From a virus, in the IMG/VR virus record IMGVR_UViG_3300045999_011735, positions 1 through 64,000 of that record: a stretch of 64,000 nt of DNA; one strand, given 5' to 3'. Below are positions 46,501 through 56,461 of the stretch, one piece after another. How positions within the stretch are numbered: the stretch's first letter is position 1; every line of letters begins with the position of its first letter. A program made the position numbers and the translations under genes. Under the pieces are notes generated by a model, which made no database searches, was not told the origin of the DNA, and was given only the letters and a program-made list of their open reading frames with translations.

Positions 46501-48117
46501 TAAATCTTTTCTTGGAACGTTGTTTAAGAAACTACTTGATGGTGAATAATCACCATTAAAGTCAACACTACCACTATATCCACCCACTTGGTAATCCAAC
46601 ACAGTTTGATCACCTTGCGAGTTATATAATTTCATTCCAAATGATTGTAACCAATCATATACTAAATCTTGAGAAATACCTCTATTAAGATTATTGTTAT
46701 TATCCCAAAGGTCTGTTAATTTATCAATATAGATCCAAACATTATCAAAATATTGACCTATCATATTGACAAATGTCAAATATGGGAGATAATTAGAAGG
46801 ATCGTCTGTAATATAAGACGGAATTGATCCTAATAAAATATCTTTATTATTAATATCATAAGCAACTGCTACTTCAGAAGCACTAAAAAACCAATTCTGT
46901 GCTGTTGATGATGCTGATGGGTATAATGTGTATGGTTGTGTAGAATTAGTTTTAGGATAAGGAGCAATATTGTATTCAAAGAATGATCCTGTTTCTAAAG
47001 TATATTCTACAATAGAAGATGTTAATGAACTTGAAGTATAATATAAGTAATACTCAAACCCATCAAACTTAGAAATTATTTCATTTATACTTGAACTAGC
47101 TCTAGTTACGGAAGAAACTAATGATGGATTACTAGCTGTTAAAGGAGAATTATTGTTAATTTCTGCTTGATAAGAGGTAATTTCACCTATTTTATACATG
47201 AAATTATACACCCTATTTTCAGCAGAACTGTAATGTATAAAGTCGTTTAAAACACTAAAATCTATATTAATATTAGTATTCTGGTTGTTAATTACATTTA
47301 AAACAACTTGATAATAAGATCCTGTAAGTGAAGAAACAAGTTGATTGTAATTATTATAAGGTGTAGGAACTACATTTTTTAATTCTAAATCAATATCAAA
47401 GTTAGGTCCTTTTAATCTAGGTTGAGGTGGAGGAGTAATTAATTTGTCTAAATTAAGATCAAATATATAAGGATTAACTATTTCCTCTACAACCCAAAAT
47501 GTATCTTTTAAAGCAATATTGTTAGGAAGTGGATTAGCTAATTTAAATAATATACTAGCATTTCCATCACTATCAACATCACTTACTGCATTAACGGCTA
47601 TTGATTGGTTATTACTTCCAAAGTTTAATATTACATAGTAATAGTAAGGAACAGTAGCTTGTCTTTGAGTAAAACTTGAAACTATTGAAAGTAATTGATC
47701 ATTCGTTAAGATGGTCGAATTTACTCTTACTTCAGTTCTATCGGTAGAAATCTGCTGGATAAATAGCTGGTTACTAAAAGGTTCACCTGATATTTTTCTA
47801 AAGAAATTATATCTAGTGGTTACTTCACCTGATTCATATCCTAAATTTCTAATATCTTGAATAGGGTCTATTTCAAGAACAGGAAGTAAACTTTGAGAAT
47901 ACCCAACATTAGAAGGTAACTTATATGATTGATAATTATAGTTTGTATTTAATACACTACCTCCAAGATCAAAAACATAAAACTCAATATAATCGTTAGA
48001 AGCACCAAACGTTTCTTGTTGTACACTAGGAAGTAATAATCTTTCATCCTGTAGTGGATAACGATTAATTATGTCTGTATTAAGAACTTCGCCTACTATA
48101 GTAATATTAGATGCCAT
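43522..48117 (-). CDS. Large baseplate wedge-like structural protein
   Basis: 1531 aa; RLYHNLPYLFKAKG...IKEYGG and VKDFTPAR motifs resemble wedge/P2 gpI-like proteins; downstream of the gp6-like gene. Confidence 0.65.
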   Translation of the reverse strand: MASNITIVGEVLNTDIINRYPLQDERLLLPSVQQETFGASNDYIEFYVFDLGGSVLNTNYNYQSYKLPSNVGYSQSLLPVLEIDPIQDIRNLGYESGEVTTRYNFFRKISGEPFSNQLFIQQISTDRTEVRVNSTILTNDQLLSIVSSFTQRQATVPYYYYVILNFGSNNQSIAVNAVSDVDSDGNASILFKLANPLPNNIALKDTFWVVEEIVNPYIFDLNLDKLITPPPQPRLKGPNFDIDLELKNVVPTPYNNYNQLVSSLTGSYYQVVLNVINNQNTNINIDFSVLNDFIHYSSAENRVYNFMYKIGEITSYQAEINNNSPLTASNPSLVSSVTRASSSINEIISKFDGFEYYLYYTSSSLTSSIVEYTLETGSFFEYNIAPYPKTNSTQPYTLYPSASSTAQNWFFSASEVAVAYDINNKDILLGSIPSYITDDPSNYLPYLTFVNMIGQYFDNVWIYIDKLTDLWDNNNNLNRGISQDLVYDWLQSFGMKLYNSQGDQTVLDYQVGGYSGSVDFNGDYSPSSSFLNNVPRKDLTLDSYKRLYHNLPYLFKAKGAHGGLEGLITLFGITGSILPIKEYGGMTDSQELKGYTTDKINIGSNIITGSVLSPIKRLETSPTSSRAVKSQDLHFIDVSFSPETQIDAAVSASIVAINPNWILDDYIGDPRDLQLNTYPSLSYEREYWFGQTFNEPFDYGGFIRLIQFFDNSLFKMVKDFTPARGNTWTGVSIKSPVLERPKVAQYQPLFFRTNEFSATPESASLEPVYDPYYYYLAGDKADYYNGNIPGSSLDTYLVFQENNRNPFLVDNTIGYIPPGFISGNTDFVLNYDSPRPENFFLNSDFNVLQNNVDVSLTSEYRKKLIPILSTDALGRNFTSYSISGSVELQDSYLSLTAYTRPRYSGVQLYGRQFNTWSVGDNSYGQSPVINYNVKKLGLFTEVVENRYLPYKTNATLKYLVNESGSLTELNLRNRNWEEVQNTFETGDFLNVSLFDPKKFGNQIQTNGNKLIAESGYSYFPIFYAYGSESAPANWTASAVFNSVVGSSSNIVNRYFTVFASSGSLVPVGQLGSPYVSSSYSAAGTVNMQEVWNLFNITGSNTSFGGYFFTGSGPGGTSFNSTSSYYQIPAEGIYQFTYDFNIQTTASIINPANTFTASMELWLSSSTGTYTLLDQNKQTVAYQGGYYNAVLENLPNGYNQYSFTPSQDVFDIILLNGYDIRQVNVFGQVVNTISITGGDKTFRAYDVTGRIYVPSFGDDQFVYLGIIWVELPTIPTMGNIFNITYYTNIDSIPVTGNANQSFLFRRSIDINTTGSVNPGDKVEFRFFIDSGGVSQAYLNPYGSIKVVPTNGNLIANNIEVCVDQTQNAFYLNNNLSNFYGPSLFFNPLDSQVSASYGSLYEDYGDIFYPFSLEPNDKIVIQITNANGPILEYTVKSVVTVAGPNNTSFIYFVTYEDIDGYFGNLCSQYYKILFIKRIIDETSVILDFPKPEGKTSYGYIIPQNISPAVMANIDTINRNVNQQLVDVGVGVTT

Positions 48118-48460
48118 TATTTGCTAGTTGTTGTGTTAAATTTGCATTTTGGGTTTCTGCGTCTAATAATTGTTGTCTTAAATCAGTTATTTCTTGTAGT
48201 AAAGCTTGAACATCAACATCCTCAGCAAAAGTAACACCTAAATATTCTGCTTCTCTGTTTAATATATAAGTGTGTGAATTGATTTCTCCTTCTCTAGGTA
48301 TCTCAAAAAATAACTCATCATATAAAGCAAAAAATTCATCTATTGTTATTTCAGGAACCGTTGGTTCTGTAACACCTAATTCTCTAAATTGTGTGTCTAT
48401 AACTTTAGAGAATCTATTCTTGTCGTATATTGCACGTCTAACAGGAATATTTTCTGCCAT
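48107..48460 (-). CDS. Hypothetical baseplate-module protein
   Basis: 117 aa with a C-terminal coiled coil; coupled to its neighbours. Confidence 0.6.
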   Translation of the reverse strand: MAENIPVRRAIYDKNRFSKVIDTQFRELGVTEPTVPEITIDEFFALYDELFFEIPREGEINSHTYILNREAEYLGVTFAEDVDVQALLQEITDLRQQLLDAETQNANLTQQLANNGI

Positions 48461-49548
48461 TATTTATTTATTTTAAATGTATATTGATTATCAAATACCA
48501 TTGTAGATCCATTAGAAAAAGTAGATTTAATTAATATCTTATAAAGTCTTTCAGGTTGAAGACCATTCATATATAAATTAAAATAGTTTCCGTTTGGATC
48601 ACAACTTACTTTAGTGTAGTTAACATCATAGTCTATAACATAATCTCCTGTATCTACGTCTTGAAGAGCATAATAAGAGGCAGATGGTAAAGCACTATTT
48701 AAAGTATAAACAGATACTGTTGTAAATTGTCTTGCAGGGTATATAGGTCTAGCGTTTACTCTAAACTGATATTTGGTATCTCTATCATATTGGCCTATAT
48801 TATTCCCTACAGTAACTGTGGTATTATTATTAGATAATACAGCTAAAGAACCAGTATTGTATACACTATCATTCCACCTAATTTCAAGTTGTGGAGGATA
48901 AATAGTATGGGTATCTTTAGAAAAGAATTTTAATGAATAAGATGATGAAGGATTAAATTCATATCCTGATTCCATTCTAACTAGGAAACCATCATTTTTA
49001 ACATTTAGATTATTAAAATTACCTACAATATCAGTAACTTCAATATCTGTATCTTTTGTACTATTAATAGCAAAAGATTGAGAATCTTCAAACAATGTGT
49101 ACCATGTTGCTCCTCCAGGGCTATCGTTTTGAAACGATGCCGTAGTATCAGCAGCAAAACTAGAAGTACGCCAATTATTAGTACTATTTCTTTGTTTCCA
49201 TGTACAATCTGTTGTTACCGATGGATCATATAAAAATCTACCTGTACCTACTTCCCAAGATTGAGAAACAGGATTAACAAATAATGTGTAATTATCTGGC
49301 AATTCAGTACCATCAGCAACGAATAATTTTAAAAATGCTTTGTAGTTCCCGGGACCACCAGCTTTAACAATAGTTTCTTGAATTTCTGAAAGAGGGAATT
49401 GAACTAGAATTCGTGATACCTGCGCATCGTTATTAGAAGATGATGGTTCATTTTGAATTTCTAATATTTGATCAAGCCCCGTATTCATTAGGGGATATGC
49501 GGAGTAAATAGTAGTGTCCTTTTCAGGATATATTTTATAGATGGCCAT
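48460..49548 (-). CDS. Virion protein with DNRLRE-like domain
   Basis: KDTTIYS...NTGLDQILEI...SRILVQF...SQSWEVGTG...PPQLEIRW pattern. Confidence 0.6.
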   Translation of the reverse strand: MAIYKIYPEKDTTIYSAYPLMNTGLDQILEIQNEPSSSNNDAQVSRILVQFPLSEIQETIVKAGGPGNYKAFLKLFVADGTELPDNYTLFVNPVSQSWEVGTGRFLYDPSVTTDCTWKQRNSTNNWRTSSFAADTTASFQNDSPGGATWYTLFEDSQSFAINSTKDTDIEVTDIVGNFNNLNVKNDGFLVRMESGYEFNPSSSYSLKFFSKDTHTIYPPQLEIRWNDSVYNTGSLAVLSNNNTTVTVGNNIGQYDRDTKYQFRVNARPIYPARQFTTVSVYTLNSALPSASYYALQDVDTGDYVIDYDVNYTKVSCDPNGNYFNLYMNGLQPERLYKILIKSTFSNGSTMVFDNQYTFKINK

Positions 49549-49580
49549 CTATTAATTTATTTACAATAAATATAGAATTA

Positions 49581-51395
49581 TTAGAAAGTTACAACTCTAC
49601 CTTGGATATCCAAGTCAGGGAATCTAACCTCAAATATAGATGGATCTAACGAAGGATACAAAATATCATTTCTAATAGCACCCTGTACGTCATAACTGTA
49701 TGGAGAATAATTACCTCCTGAAAGATTTGTAAAGCTAAACTTTACAACTGACTGTACACCTTTAATTTGTAATAAAAGACCAGCAACATCTGATATAATA
49801 ACTGGCTGGTTAATTTGCCATTTATCTATATCAAAGTAGTCTTGTAGTGCTAAAATACAATCAGATAATATTTGTTGGTTACTTAACCCTGGAATAACTG
49901 TTATATCAAAGTTAATACCTATATTAATGTAAAAGGCATCTTTGATAGTAATAGCATCTGTAACCATTCTAAATGGTTGTAAGTATTCCTTTAAATTAGT
50001 TTTAAGATCAAGTGTAGCGTTTTCTAATTGTTTATTATCATTATAAGCTAAAATATACATTGATAAAGCAAGCGGGTTATTATCAATTAATGGGTCATTA
50101 CCTGCTTGAACCGATAAAGCGGATGCTTGTTCTACGTATACTTTAGCAATAGTACCAAATTGGGATGGCATACTTAAAGCACGAGTCATATAATCGTCTT
50201 TAGTTACTGATCTCAATTGGGCTGAAAATGCATTTAATGTATTCAAACGAATTTCTTCTACTGTATCTCCTCCTCTACCACCACTTGAAGGTATTGGATT
50301 AGTACAAACTAATGTAGTTAAAGAAGTATTTGTATTAGCAGGGTTTGTAGCTGTTATACCTGCTGTTGATAATATTTGTATAATATCTCCTGCTGGTAAA
50401 TTAGACTCAACACCTCCTCCTACTGTGTATTGAACATATAAACTAATATTAGCAGGTACAGTACCATACTGTTTAGTATAGAACACAGCAGCCTGATTGT
50501 AATTATTTACTAGGTCAGATGTATCTGCTGGTGGTATTAATCCAAGTTGAATTGTATTTGGGTTTGGAATAATAACATCATCAGGATCATTTACATACAT
50601 TCCTGAACCAAACTGTAATTCTACAATATCGTCTGTTTTAATTCTTGTAACATAACGATTTGGTGTTTGTAATAAACTTAATAAATAAGGAACTTTATCA
50701 ATATTAGCTCCCGTATTAACAGTTTTATTAATGATATTAGATTGAGCTAAATAAGGTACTTCATACCATACACTACTATCACTTCCTGTTACTTGTAATA
50801 CCTGTAAAAAGTTAGGTTCATTTAATTCAACTGAAGTGAACTTAACAGGTGCTCCAAAAGTAAAATTTGTACTTTTAATTTCAGCAGAAATTGCTCTTGT
50901 AGATTTTTTAAATAGATAATTACTTGCATTAAACAAACTAATTTCTACAGATCCAGTATCATTAAAATCTACTCTATCAACTGTTAAAAATTTAATACCT
51001 GTAGATACAGAAGCAAGTTGTGTATTTTCTGGGATTGTTAATGCATAGCTTAAATCAGGTTGACCTGCTACAATAGGTACTCTTTGGTAAAAGTCAATTG
51101 TAGTAACAGCAGCATAAGATGTTTTAGGGCGGTATCCTAATGAATAGGCCATGTTTAACAAATTCTGTTTTTCAACAGCCGTTAAAACAAAGTTTTCTTG
51201 AATTTGGGTATCAGTATAAAACGATAATACATCACCAACATAAGCAGCCATTTCAATAAACATCGTACCAGGGGATGCTTCTGAAAAGTCTGTATAAGTG
51301 TTTGGGAAATAATTTTTTGCAAACTCAATAAGGGAAGCCTTAAATTGAGTAAAATTCTTATTTAAATATGATATGTTTTTATTATTGTTTGCCAT
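49581..51395 (-). CDS. gp6: Baseplate wedge subunit, T4 gp6/P2 gpJ-like
   Basis: FPNTYTDFSEASPG...AYVGDVLSFY, LGYRP, LQFGSG, GG..GDTVEEIR and RSVTKDDY motifs. Confidence 0.85.
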   Translation of the reverse strand: MANNNKNISYLNKNFTQFKASLIEFAKNYFPNTYTDFSEASPGTMFIEMAAYVGDVLSFYTDTQIQENFVLTAVEKQNLLNMAYSLGYRPKTSYAAVTTIDFYQRVPIVAGQPDLSYALTIPENTQLASVSTGIKFLTVDRVDFNDTGSVEISLFNASNYLFKKSTRAISAEIKSTNFTFGAPVKFTSVELNEPNFLQVLQVTGSDSSVWYEVPYLAQSNIINKTVNTGANIDKVPYLLSLLQTPNRYVTRIKTDDIVELQFGSGMYVNDPDDVIIPNPNTIQLGLIPPADTSDLVNNYNQAAVFYTKQYGTVPANISLYVQYTVGGGVESNLPAGDIIQILSTAGITATNPANTNTSLTTLVCTNPIPSSGGRGGDTVEEIRLNTLNAFSAQLRSVTKDDYMTRALSMPSQFGTIAKVYVEQASALSVQAGNDPLIDNNPLALSMYILAYNDNKQLENATLDLKTNLKEYLQPFRMVTDAITIKDAFYINIGINFDITVIPGLSNQQILSDCILALQDYFDIDKWQINQPVIISDVAGLLLQIKGVQSVVKFSFTNLSGGNYSPYSYDVQGAIRNDILYPSLDPSIFEVRFPDLDIQGRVVTF

Positions 51396-51811
51396 TACTC
51401 AAAATTAACTGTTACTGTGTCTGTTTGTCCTGAAATTAGAATTTGATATATTATTTTAATAACTAAAGAATTACTAACATTATTTGGTTCTTGTGTAAAT
51501 TCTATATTATTAATTGATATTTCAGGAATATACACTTGAACACTGTCTCTAATACTATCTTCAATATCGCTAAAAGAGGCTTCAGTCATTGGGTTAAATA
51601 ACTGAGATCTTAAAGTTGTTCCAAAATTAGGATTGTCAATCCTTTCACCTTGGGAGGTTAATATTAGATTAATTAAATTATATTTCAATTGGTCTTTAGT
51701 TGAAAAAGTACTATAAAATACACCAGGAGCGTTAAACGGAAGTCTAACGCCTATTGCTGTGTTTCGCTGTAGATCTCTAGGATCAACTCTAGTACTTCTT
51801 ACGTAAGCCAT
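51395..51811 (-). CDS. gp25: Baseplate wedge subunit, gp25/GPW-like
   Basis: NLINLILTSQGERIDNPNFGTTL motif. Confidence 0.85.
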   Translation of the reverse strand: MAYVRSTRVDPRDLQRNTAIGVRLPFNAPGVFYSTFSTKDQLKYNLINLILTSQGERIDNPNFGTTLRSQLFNPMTEASFSDIEDSIRDSVQVYIPEISINNIEFTQEPNNVSNSLVIKIIYQILISGQTDTVTVNFE

Positions 51812-52137
51812 TATTGAACATTTCTAAAATTACTAACTTCACCTGGATTTTGTCTCATTTCTGCAGCAACTTGAGCCAGCATGTTTTGGTAAACATTTTG
51901 TTTTTGAGCTGGTGTAGTTGGTTTGGCTTGTGGCGCTCCTTGCATTCCCATTTGATCCATCAAACTTTGACGGAAAGCAGCAGGGTTAACATTTTTAGTA
52001 GTTAAATTAACTGTAGGCCATTCCTCAGTAGCAGCTAATGATTCCTGGATTTTTTGTTTGCCGATATTGGCTAGTTCTTCTTTCAAAACTTCCCTAACGG
52101 CTTCTTTAATTAGATTTTTTAAGTCTTGTGTTTTCAT
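51811..52137 (-). CDS. Hypothetical protein with LKxLIKEAVRE leader
   Basis: 108 aa with its own late promoter. Confidence 0.6.
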   Translation of the reverse strand: MKTQDLKNLIKEAVREVLKEELANIGKQKIQESLAATEEWPTVNLTTKNVNPAAFRQSLMDQMGMQGAPQAKPTTPAQKQNVYQNMLAQVAAEMRQNPGEVSNFRNVQ

Positions 52138-52148
52138 ATCAATAAATA

Positions 52149-53456
52149 TTAAGCTTCGAGATTTCGTTCGTCGATTTGGAGTTTTAAATCTTCAATTAAA
52201 ACATCAGAATTTAATGTAAATGATGGTTGTGTACGTAATACGATAAATCCACTTCTATCTAAAGCAACAGCATATCTACGTTTATTTCCATCTACTACAA
52301 ATTTAGGATCATTTTCTTCATATATTGCAAAAGTAAATCCTTTATATGAAACATTAGGTACTGCACCTAATTGACCACCACCTTCTAACTGTGCTACTAA
52401 TGCATTAATTTCATTTGGTGATAAGTCATTGTCAATTGCTTTATCAATAATATCGCTAATTGGTAATAATCTTGATTTTTGGTATTGTACTTCAATTACT
52501 AATCCATTTAATGCTTCTCTAGTAATTCCTAACATTACTGTTATAGAATCTAATGTCATTATAGCATCTGTTATTTTTTTAACAGTACCCGGAGTTGCTG
52601 GGGTAGGGATTAATAATAGTATTCTAACAACTATAGAAATAATTCTTAATATTCTTTCTAAAGTTCTAATTGTATTTCTAATTTTAGTAATTTGACGTTC
52701 AGCTTTATTTAATTCAACTAAAGCAGCATTTCGTACTACCCTTGCTCTTAATACATCCTGTTTAGTTTGAATATTTAAAATTTGTTCGTTTACTCTATCA
52801 ACTAAATCAGTTAATTGCTGTACTATTTTAGCTAATCGCTGAACTTCTCTATTCAATAATTTAGATATGATAAATAGAGCTGCGGCTTTAGCTAATGATC
52901 TAATTGCTGAACTATTTTTCTTTGCAATTGCTCTAGCATCATTTATTTTAATTTTTTTAACATCTTGTTTAACAATAGTATCACTTTTCCTTTCAGATGC
53001 TTCTACTGTTTGTTTTAATTCTCTTTTCCTAAATATATTTCCTACTCTTCTTGTAAGATCATCTACTTTAGTTTGAACAGCTTCTAAAAATTTAGTAAGT
53101 TGTTGAACTTCTTTTTCTGCTTTTTTCTTTTTTTCCTCTGCAACTTTTAACTTTTTATCGGCTTCATTTGATAAATTTTGTCTTATTTGTTCTGAATTTG
53201 CTCCTGGTTGGTTAGCTTGTTGGTTGAATGTTGCTGGGTCTGGAGCAAGAGTAGCAGCAGCAGCTAAAGCAGCATCAGCAGATAATTGTTTGTTACTTAA
53301 AGTACCAGCATATGATTTAGCTTGTATAGCAGCTGCTTTAGCTTGTTCATATAGTGCTTTAGCATTTTCATACCTACGTCTTCCCTCTTCGTATAGTTTA
53401 CGATTTTCCTCTATCTCTTTTTGAGTATTTTCTATCCTTTCATCAATAGTAGCCAT
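52149..53456 (-). CDS. Long coiled-coil protein with hydrophobic segments
   Basis: 435 aa, between the gp5-like and gp25-like genes. Confidence 0.6.
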   Translation of the reverse strand: MATIDERIENTQKEIEENRKLYEEGRRRYENAKALYEQAKAAAIQAKSYAGTLSNKQLSADAALAAAATLAPDPATFNQQANQPGANSEQIRQNLSNEADKKLKVAEEKKKKAEKEVQQLTKFLEAVQTKVDDLTRRVGNIFRKRELKQTVEASERKSDTIVKQDVKKIKINDARAIAKKNSSAIRSLAKAAALFIISKLLNREVQRLAKIVQQLTDLVDRVNEQILNIQTKQDVLRARVVRNAALVELNKAERQITKIRNTIRTLERILRIISIVVRILLLIPTPATPGTVKKITDAIMTLDSITVMLGITREALNGLVIEVQYQKSRLLPISDIIDKAIDNDLSPNEINALVAQLEGGGQLGAVPNVSYKGFTFAIYEENDPKFVVDGNKRRYAVALDRSGFIVLRTQPSFTLNSDVLIEDLKLQIDERNLEA

Positions 53457-54664
53457 TATAAGGTCTTTACAGTTTTAGAAAGTAAATTATCTTTATTTAA
53501 CTTTTTAGTATTATTACTAAGATATGTTTGTAATTTTTCGGCAGCTAAAGCTATATCCATAATAGTTATACCTTCAGGAGTAGCCTTAGCATCAATTATA
53601 TCAGTGCTAAAATCACTTAATGCCTTATATAATCCAGATAAAAGTTGTCTTAAATTATTTCCTAAAACAACAGGTTGAAGTTTATTAAATGAAGTATCTA
53701 TTGATGGTCCTAAAGCAATAATATTATCTTGTATAGTTATTCCTGTTTTATCACTTTGCATATAAACAGGACCTTGAGAATATAATTCAACACCTGTTCT
53801 ACCAAATACTAATACTTCATCTGATTTAGAAGAAATAATAGTTCTATCAGCATTTATAATTGCTTGAGGATTTGAATAGGAAGATATACCAATAGGTTCA
53901 GTAATATTACTTAAACGTACGTTACCTATATTTAAAGGAACAATTTGTTGAGATGTTAAGTAAAATGAAGATCCATCTTGGTTAATATTTTCAACGTATA
54001 AATCAGAACCTGAAGGTTTAAATCCATGTTCATTTGAAAGAATAAGAATAGGATTACTATTTAATTCTCCTGGGTTGGTAGACCATGGTGTTAAATCTTT
54101 ATCTCCTGATCTATTTGTACTTCCAAAACGAAGTGAATTTCCAAATCGACCTTCTAAAACATAGTCACCTTCAAATGTTTGTACTCCTCTAAAATCAGAA
54201 TTTTGTGTAAATGAATTATATAATAAATCTTTATTTTCATTAATAAATAATCCGTTAAATTGAGGGCTATTCCATGCATTAATTACACTTAAGTAATAAG
54301 TTTCTTCTGTTTTATTTGTAATAGGAGAAGGTGCTGATGGTAAATCCATCAACAATACTATTTCACCTGGTAATGGGAAATACTTTTGGTTTGGATATAA
54401 AGGTAAAGCAGTAGGTAACGTAGCAAGAGTAGCATCATTCAACTGATCCAAAGGAATTTCAGTTGATTCATCATATATTTGATACAATATAGTTCCTACA
54501 CCAGCCCAACCACCATTAGCATCCCATACTTTTTCAGGGACACTAGTTGGGCCTAATATAACAGCATAAACCTTTCCTGTCTTAAATTGAAAAGGAGGCA
54601 AAAAGTTATTATTACCAATAGAGGTAGTAATAAACGATAGACCTTCTCTTATTCTAGTACTCAT
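53456..54664 (-). CDS. Baseplate hub/spike protein (gp5-like, no lysozyme domain)
   Basis: PLPGEIV OB-fold-like N-part, EGRFGNSLRFGS, beta-repeat region, PVVLG. Confidence 0.55.
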   Translation of the reverse strand: MSTRIREGLSFITTSIGNNNFLPPFQFKTGKVYAVILGPTSVPEKVWDANGGWAGVGTILYQIYDESTEIPLDQLNDATLATLPTALPLYPNQKYFPLPGEIVLLMDLPSAPSPITNKTEETYYLSVINAWNSPQFNGLFINENKDLLYNSFTQNSDFRGVQTFEGDYVLEGRFGNSLRFGSTNRSGDKDLTPWSTNPGELNSNPILILSNEHGFKPSGSDLYVENINQDGSSFYLTSQQIVPLNIGNVRLSNITEPIGISSYSNPQAIINADRTIISSKSDEVLVFGRTGVELYSQGPVYMQSDKTGITIQDNIIALGPSIDTSFNKLQPVVLGNNLRQLLSGLYKALSDFSTDIIDAKATPEGITIMDIALAAEKLQTYLSNNTKKLNKDNLLSKTVKTL

Positions 54665-54665
54665 A

Positions 54666-55019
54666 TTAGTTATTTGTAGGTCCGCTAATGTTGTCTCCTA
54701 CTTCTTTTACAGCAGAAAACAATTGTTCTTTTTCAGCCTCACTTAAAATATAACTAGCAGCTTCATCACTATTACTAGATAATGCACGCTGAACAATACC
54801 TGCTAATTTAACAAGTTGTTCATCATTTTTAACACTAATATTAAGGTGCTCAGCAATTAAAGGAACAATCATAAGAGCCGATTGAGCGTCACTGACCAAT
54901 GGTTTAAGAGTCTCAATTAGGTCTCTAATTTGCTTTTCTTTATCCTTAGAATTGGTATATATGTCCTTGAGTAAATCAGAAAACTTTTTACTGCCCCACA
55001 TTACTTGATCAAAATTCAT
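54666..55019 (-). CDS. Hypothetical helical protein
   Basis: 117 aa with its own late promoter. Confidence 0.6.
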   Translation of the reverse strand: MNFDQVMWGSKKFSDLLKDIYTNSKDKEKQIRDLIETLKPLVSDAQSALMIVPLIAEHLNISVKNDEQLVKLAGIVQRALSSNSDEAASYILSEAEKEQLFSAVKEVGDNISGPTNN

Positions 55020-55058
55020 TGTCTAATTTTTGACTATAAATATAGAAGCAGTAAAAGT

Positions 55059-55862
55059 TTATATATTTACATACCCCTGTTCGTAATATGAATTATATAA
55101 TTGAACATAAACAACCTTTAACTTTTTAATTATTTTAGTGATTTGGGGTGTTTCAACATCAACCATCTCACGTATATAAATGTAAAGGGCTTTTTTATTG
55201 AATATGTCTAATGATTCACATTTACGAAATAGCTCCATTATAGCATCAGCTGTTTTAGCATCATTTTCTTTAGGGAATAATTTATTAAGATTTTTATCTA
55301 TATACTTAATATACAATCCCATGAACTCTGTAAGGCTATAGTCTTGGCTATAATGCTCATTTAGTGTTTCTTCTTTAATTTTTTTATCATCATCTACTTC
55401 GGCCAAGTCACCTTTGTCTTGTAGTTTTTGATAATTTTTCTTATTTTTAAGGATAAGGTAACGCTTTGCAATAGTACCAAAATATGAATAAGCTTTACCT
55501 TTATGTGGTTTATAAAGCTTAAGTTTTTCAAGTAAAAATGCAATTACTTCCTGCTGCATATCTTCTACGGATTCACCATCCATATAATAAAACTTAAACG
55601 TATGAATAATATTTTGGGTTAATTTAAAAAACCCATACTCAATACGTTCGCGATACACAGTATTTCTAAACTCCTGGTCATCTGAGGCTACATATTCCAC
55701 AATAGCGTTTTGAGTATCCTCAGTAAAATAAGTATTAGATGTTTTAGGTTTACGTTTGCGTACTTTTCCAGATTTAGTATACTCGACAGTTACTAAATTA
55801 TCTTCTACTAGAAGACTATTGGTTTGGTTGTTGTCCACGCTTTTTATTAATGTTAAAGTCAT
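55059..55862 (-). CDS. gp55: Late-transcription sigma factor, T4 gp55-like
   Basis: YFTEDTQNAIVEY, IIHTFKFYY, EDMQQE and KAYSYFGTIAKRYL (sigma region 2-like). Exact start uncertain. Confidence 0.7.
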   Translation of the reverse strand: MTLTLIKSVDNNQTNSLLVEDNLVTVEYTKSGKVRKRKPKTSNTYFTEDTQNAIVEYVASDDQEFRNTVYRERIEYGFFKLTQNIIHTFKFYYMDGESVEDMQQEVIAFLLEKLKLYKPHKGKAYSYFGTIAKRYLILKNKKNYQKLQDKGDLAEVDDDKKIKEETLNEHYSQDYSLTEFMGLYIKYIDKNLNKLFPKENDAKTADAIMELFRKCESLDIFNKKALYIYIREMVDVETPQITKIIKKLKVVYVQLYNSYYEQGYVNI

Positions 55863-56124
55863 TTAATTCGCTTTGTAATGTTTTTACACTCTCAAAGAAC
55901 CAACCAATTTCATCATCAGAATGAAACGTACCTTTAGCATCTATATCTTCCAAACGTCTATTAGTATTATTTACAGCATTAGAAAAAAGGGCAATATATT
56001 GATCTTGTGAATCAACAATTTTTTCCAACTTTTCTACTTTTTTAAATAAATTATAAGACACATATCCCGAAATAGAAGCCAAAGCCGATAAAATAATAAT
56101 TGTTATAATCATAATTAGTTCCAT
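55816..56124 (-). CDS. Single-TM coiled-coil protein
   Basis: Hydrophobic N-terminus; DAKGTFHSDDEIGWFF motif. Confidence 0.6.
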   Translation of the reverse strand: MELIMIITIIILSALASISGYVSYNLFKKVEKLEKIVDSQDQYIALFSNAVNNTNRRLEDIDAKGTFHSDDEIGWFFESVKTLQSELNDFNINKKRGQQPNQ

Positions 56125-56297
56125 TCATCGTTTTCAATAGAAATATTATCCTGCAACTGTTGAAGTAACGTTTTAATCATTTCTAATCTAGCATTAACTT
56201 GTTGAAGTGAACCTCCACGATTCAAATCAATTTCTAATGCACGTAATTGATGTTCAAGTTTTTCGATTTTTGAAAGTGCTTGTTGTTTATATTTCAT
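56115..56297 (-). CDS. Small coiled-coil protein
   Basis: Start re-assigned to MKYKQ, downstream of a host-type promoter. Confidence 0.55.
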   Translation of the reverse strand: MKYKQQALSKIEKLEHQLRALEIDLNRGGSLQQVNARLEMIKTLLQQLQDNISIENDEWN

Positions 56298-56461
56298 AAA
56301 ATATTTTTTAAGTATTATCACAATATACGACCTTTATTTTCAATAACCAAGTTTTCAACGCCCTATTTTTAGAGCGATTTTACCCTTACTCCTCAATAAA
56401 TACGTATATACACGCATTTTAACAAGAAAGATAGCCTAAAAGGTTTTTACACACTTTAGAC

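Noticed and set aside
54666-55019. Terminase small subunit call
   Set aside because: Size and helicity fit, but there is no recognisable motif and the gene is far from terL, so it is left as hypothetical.
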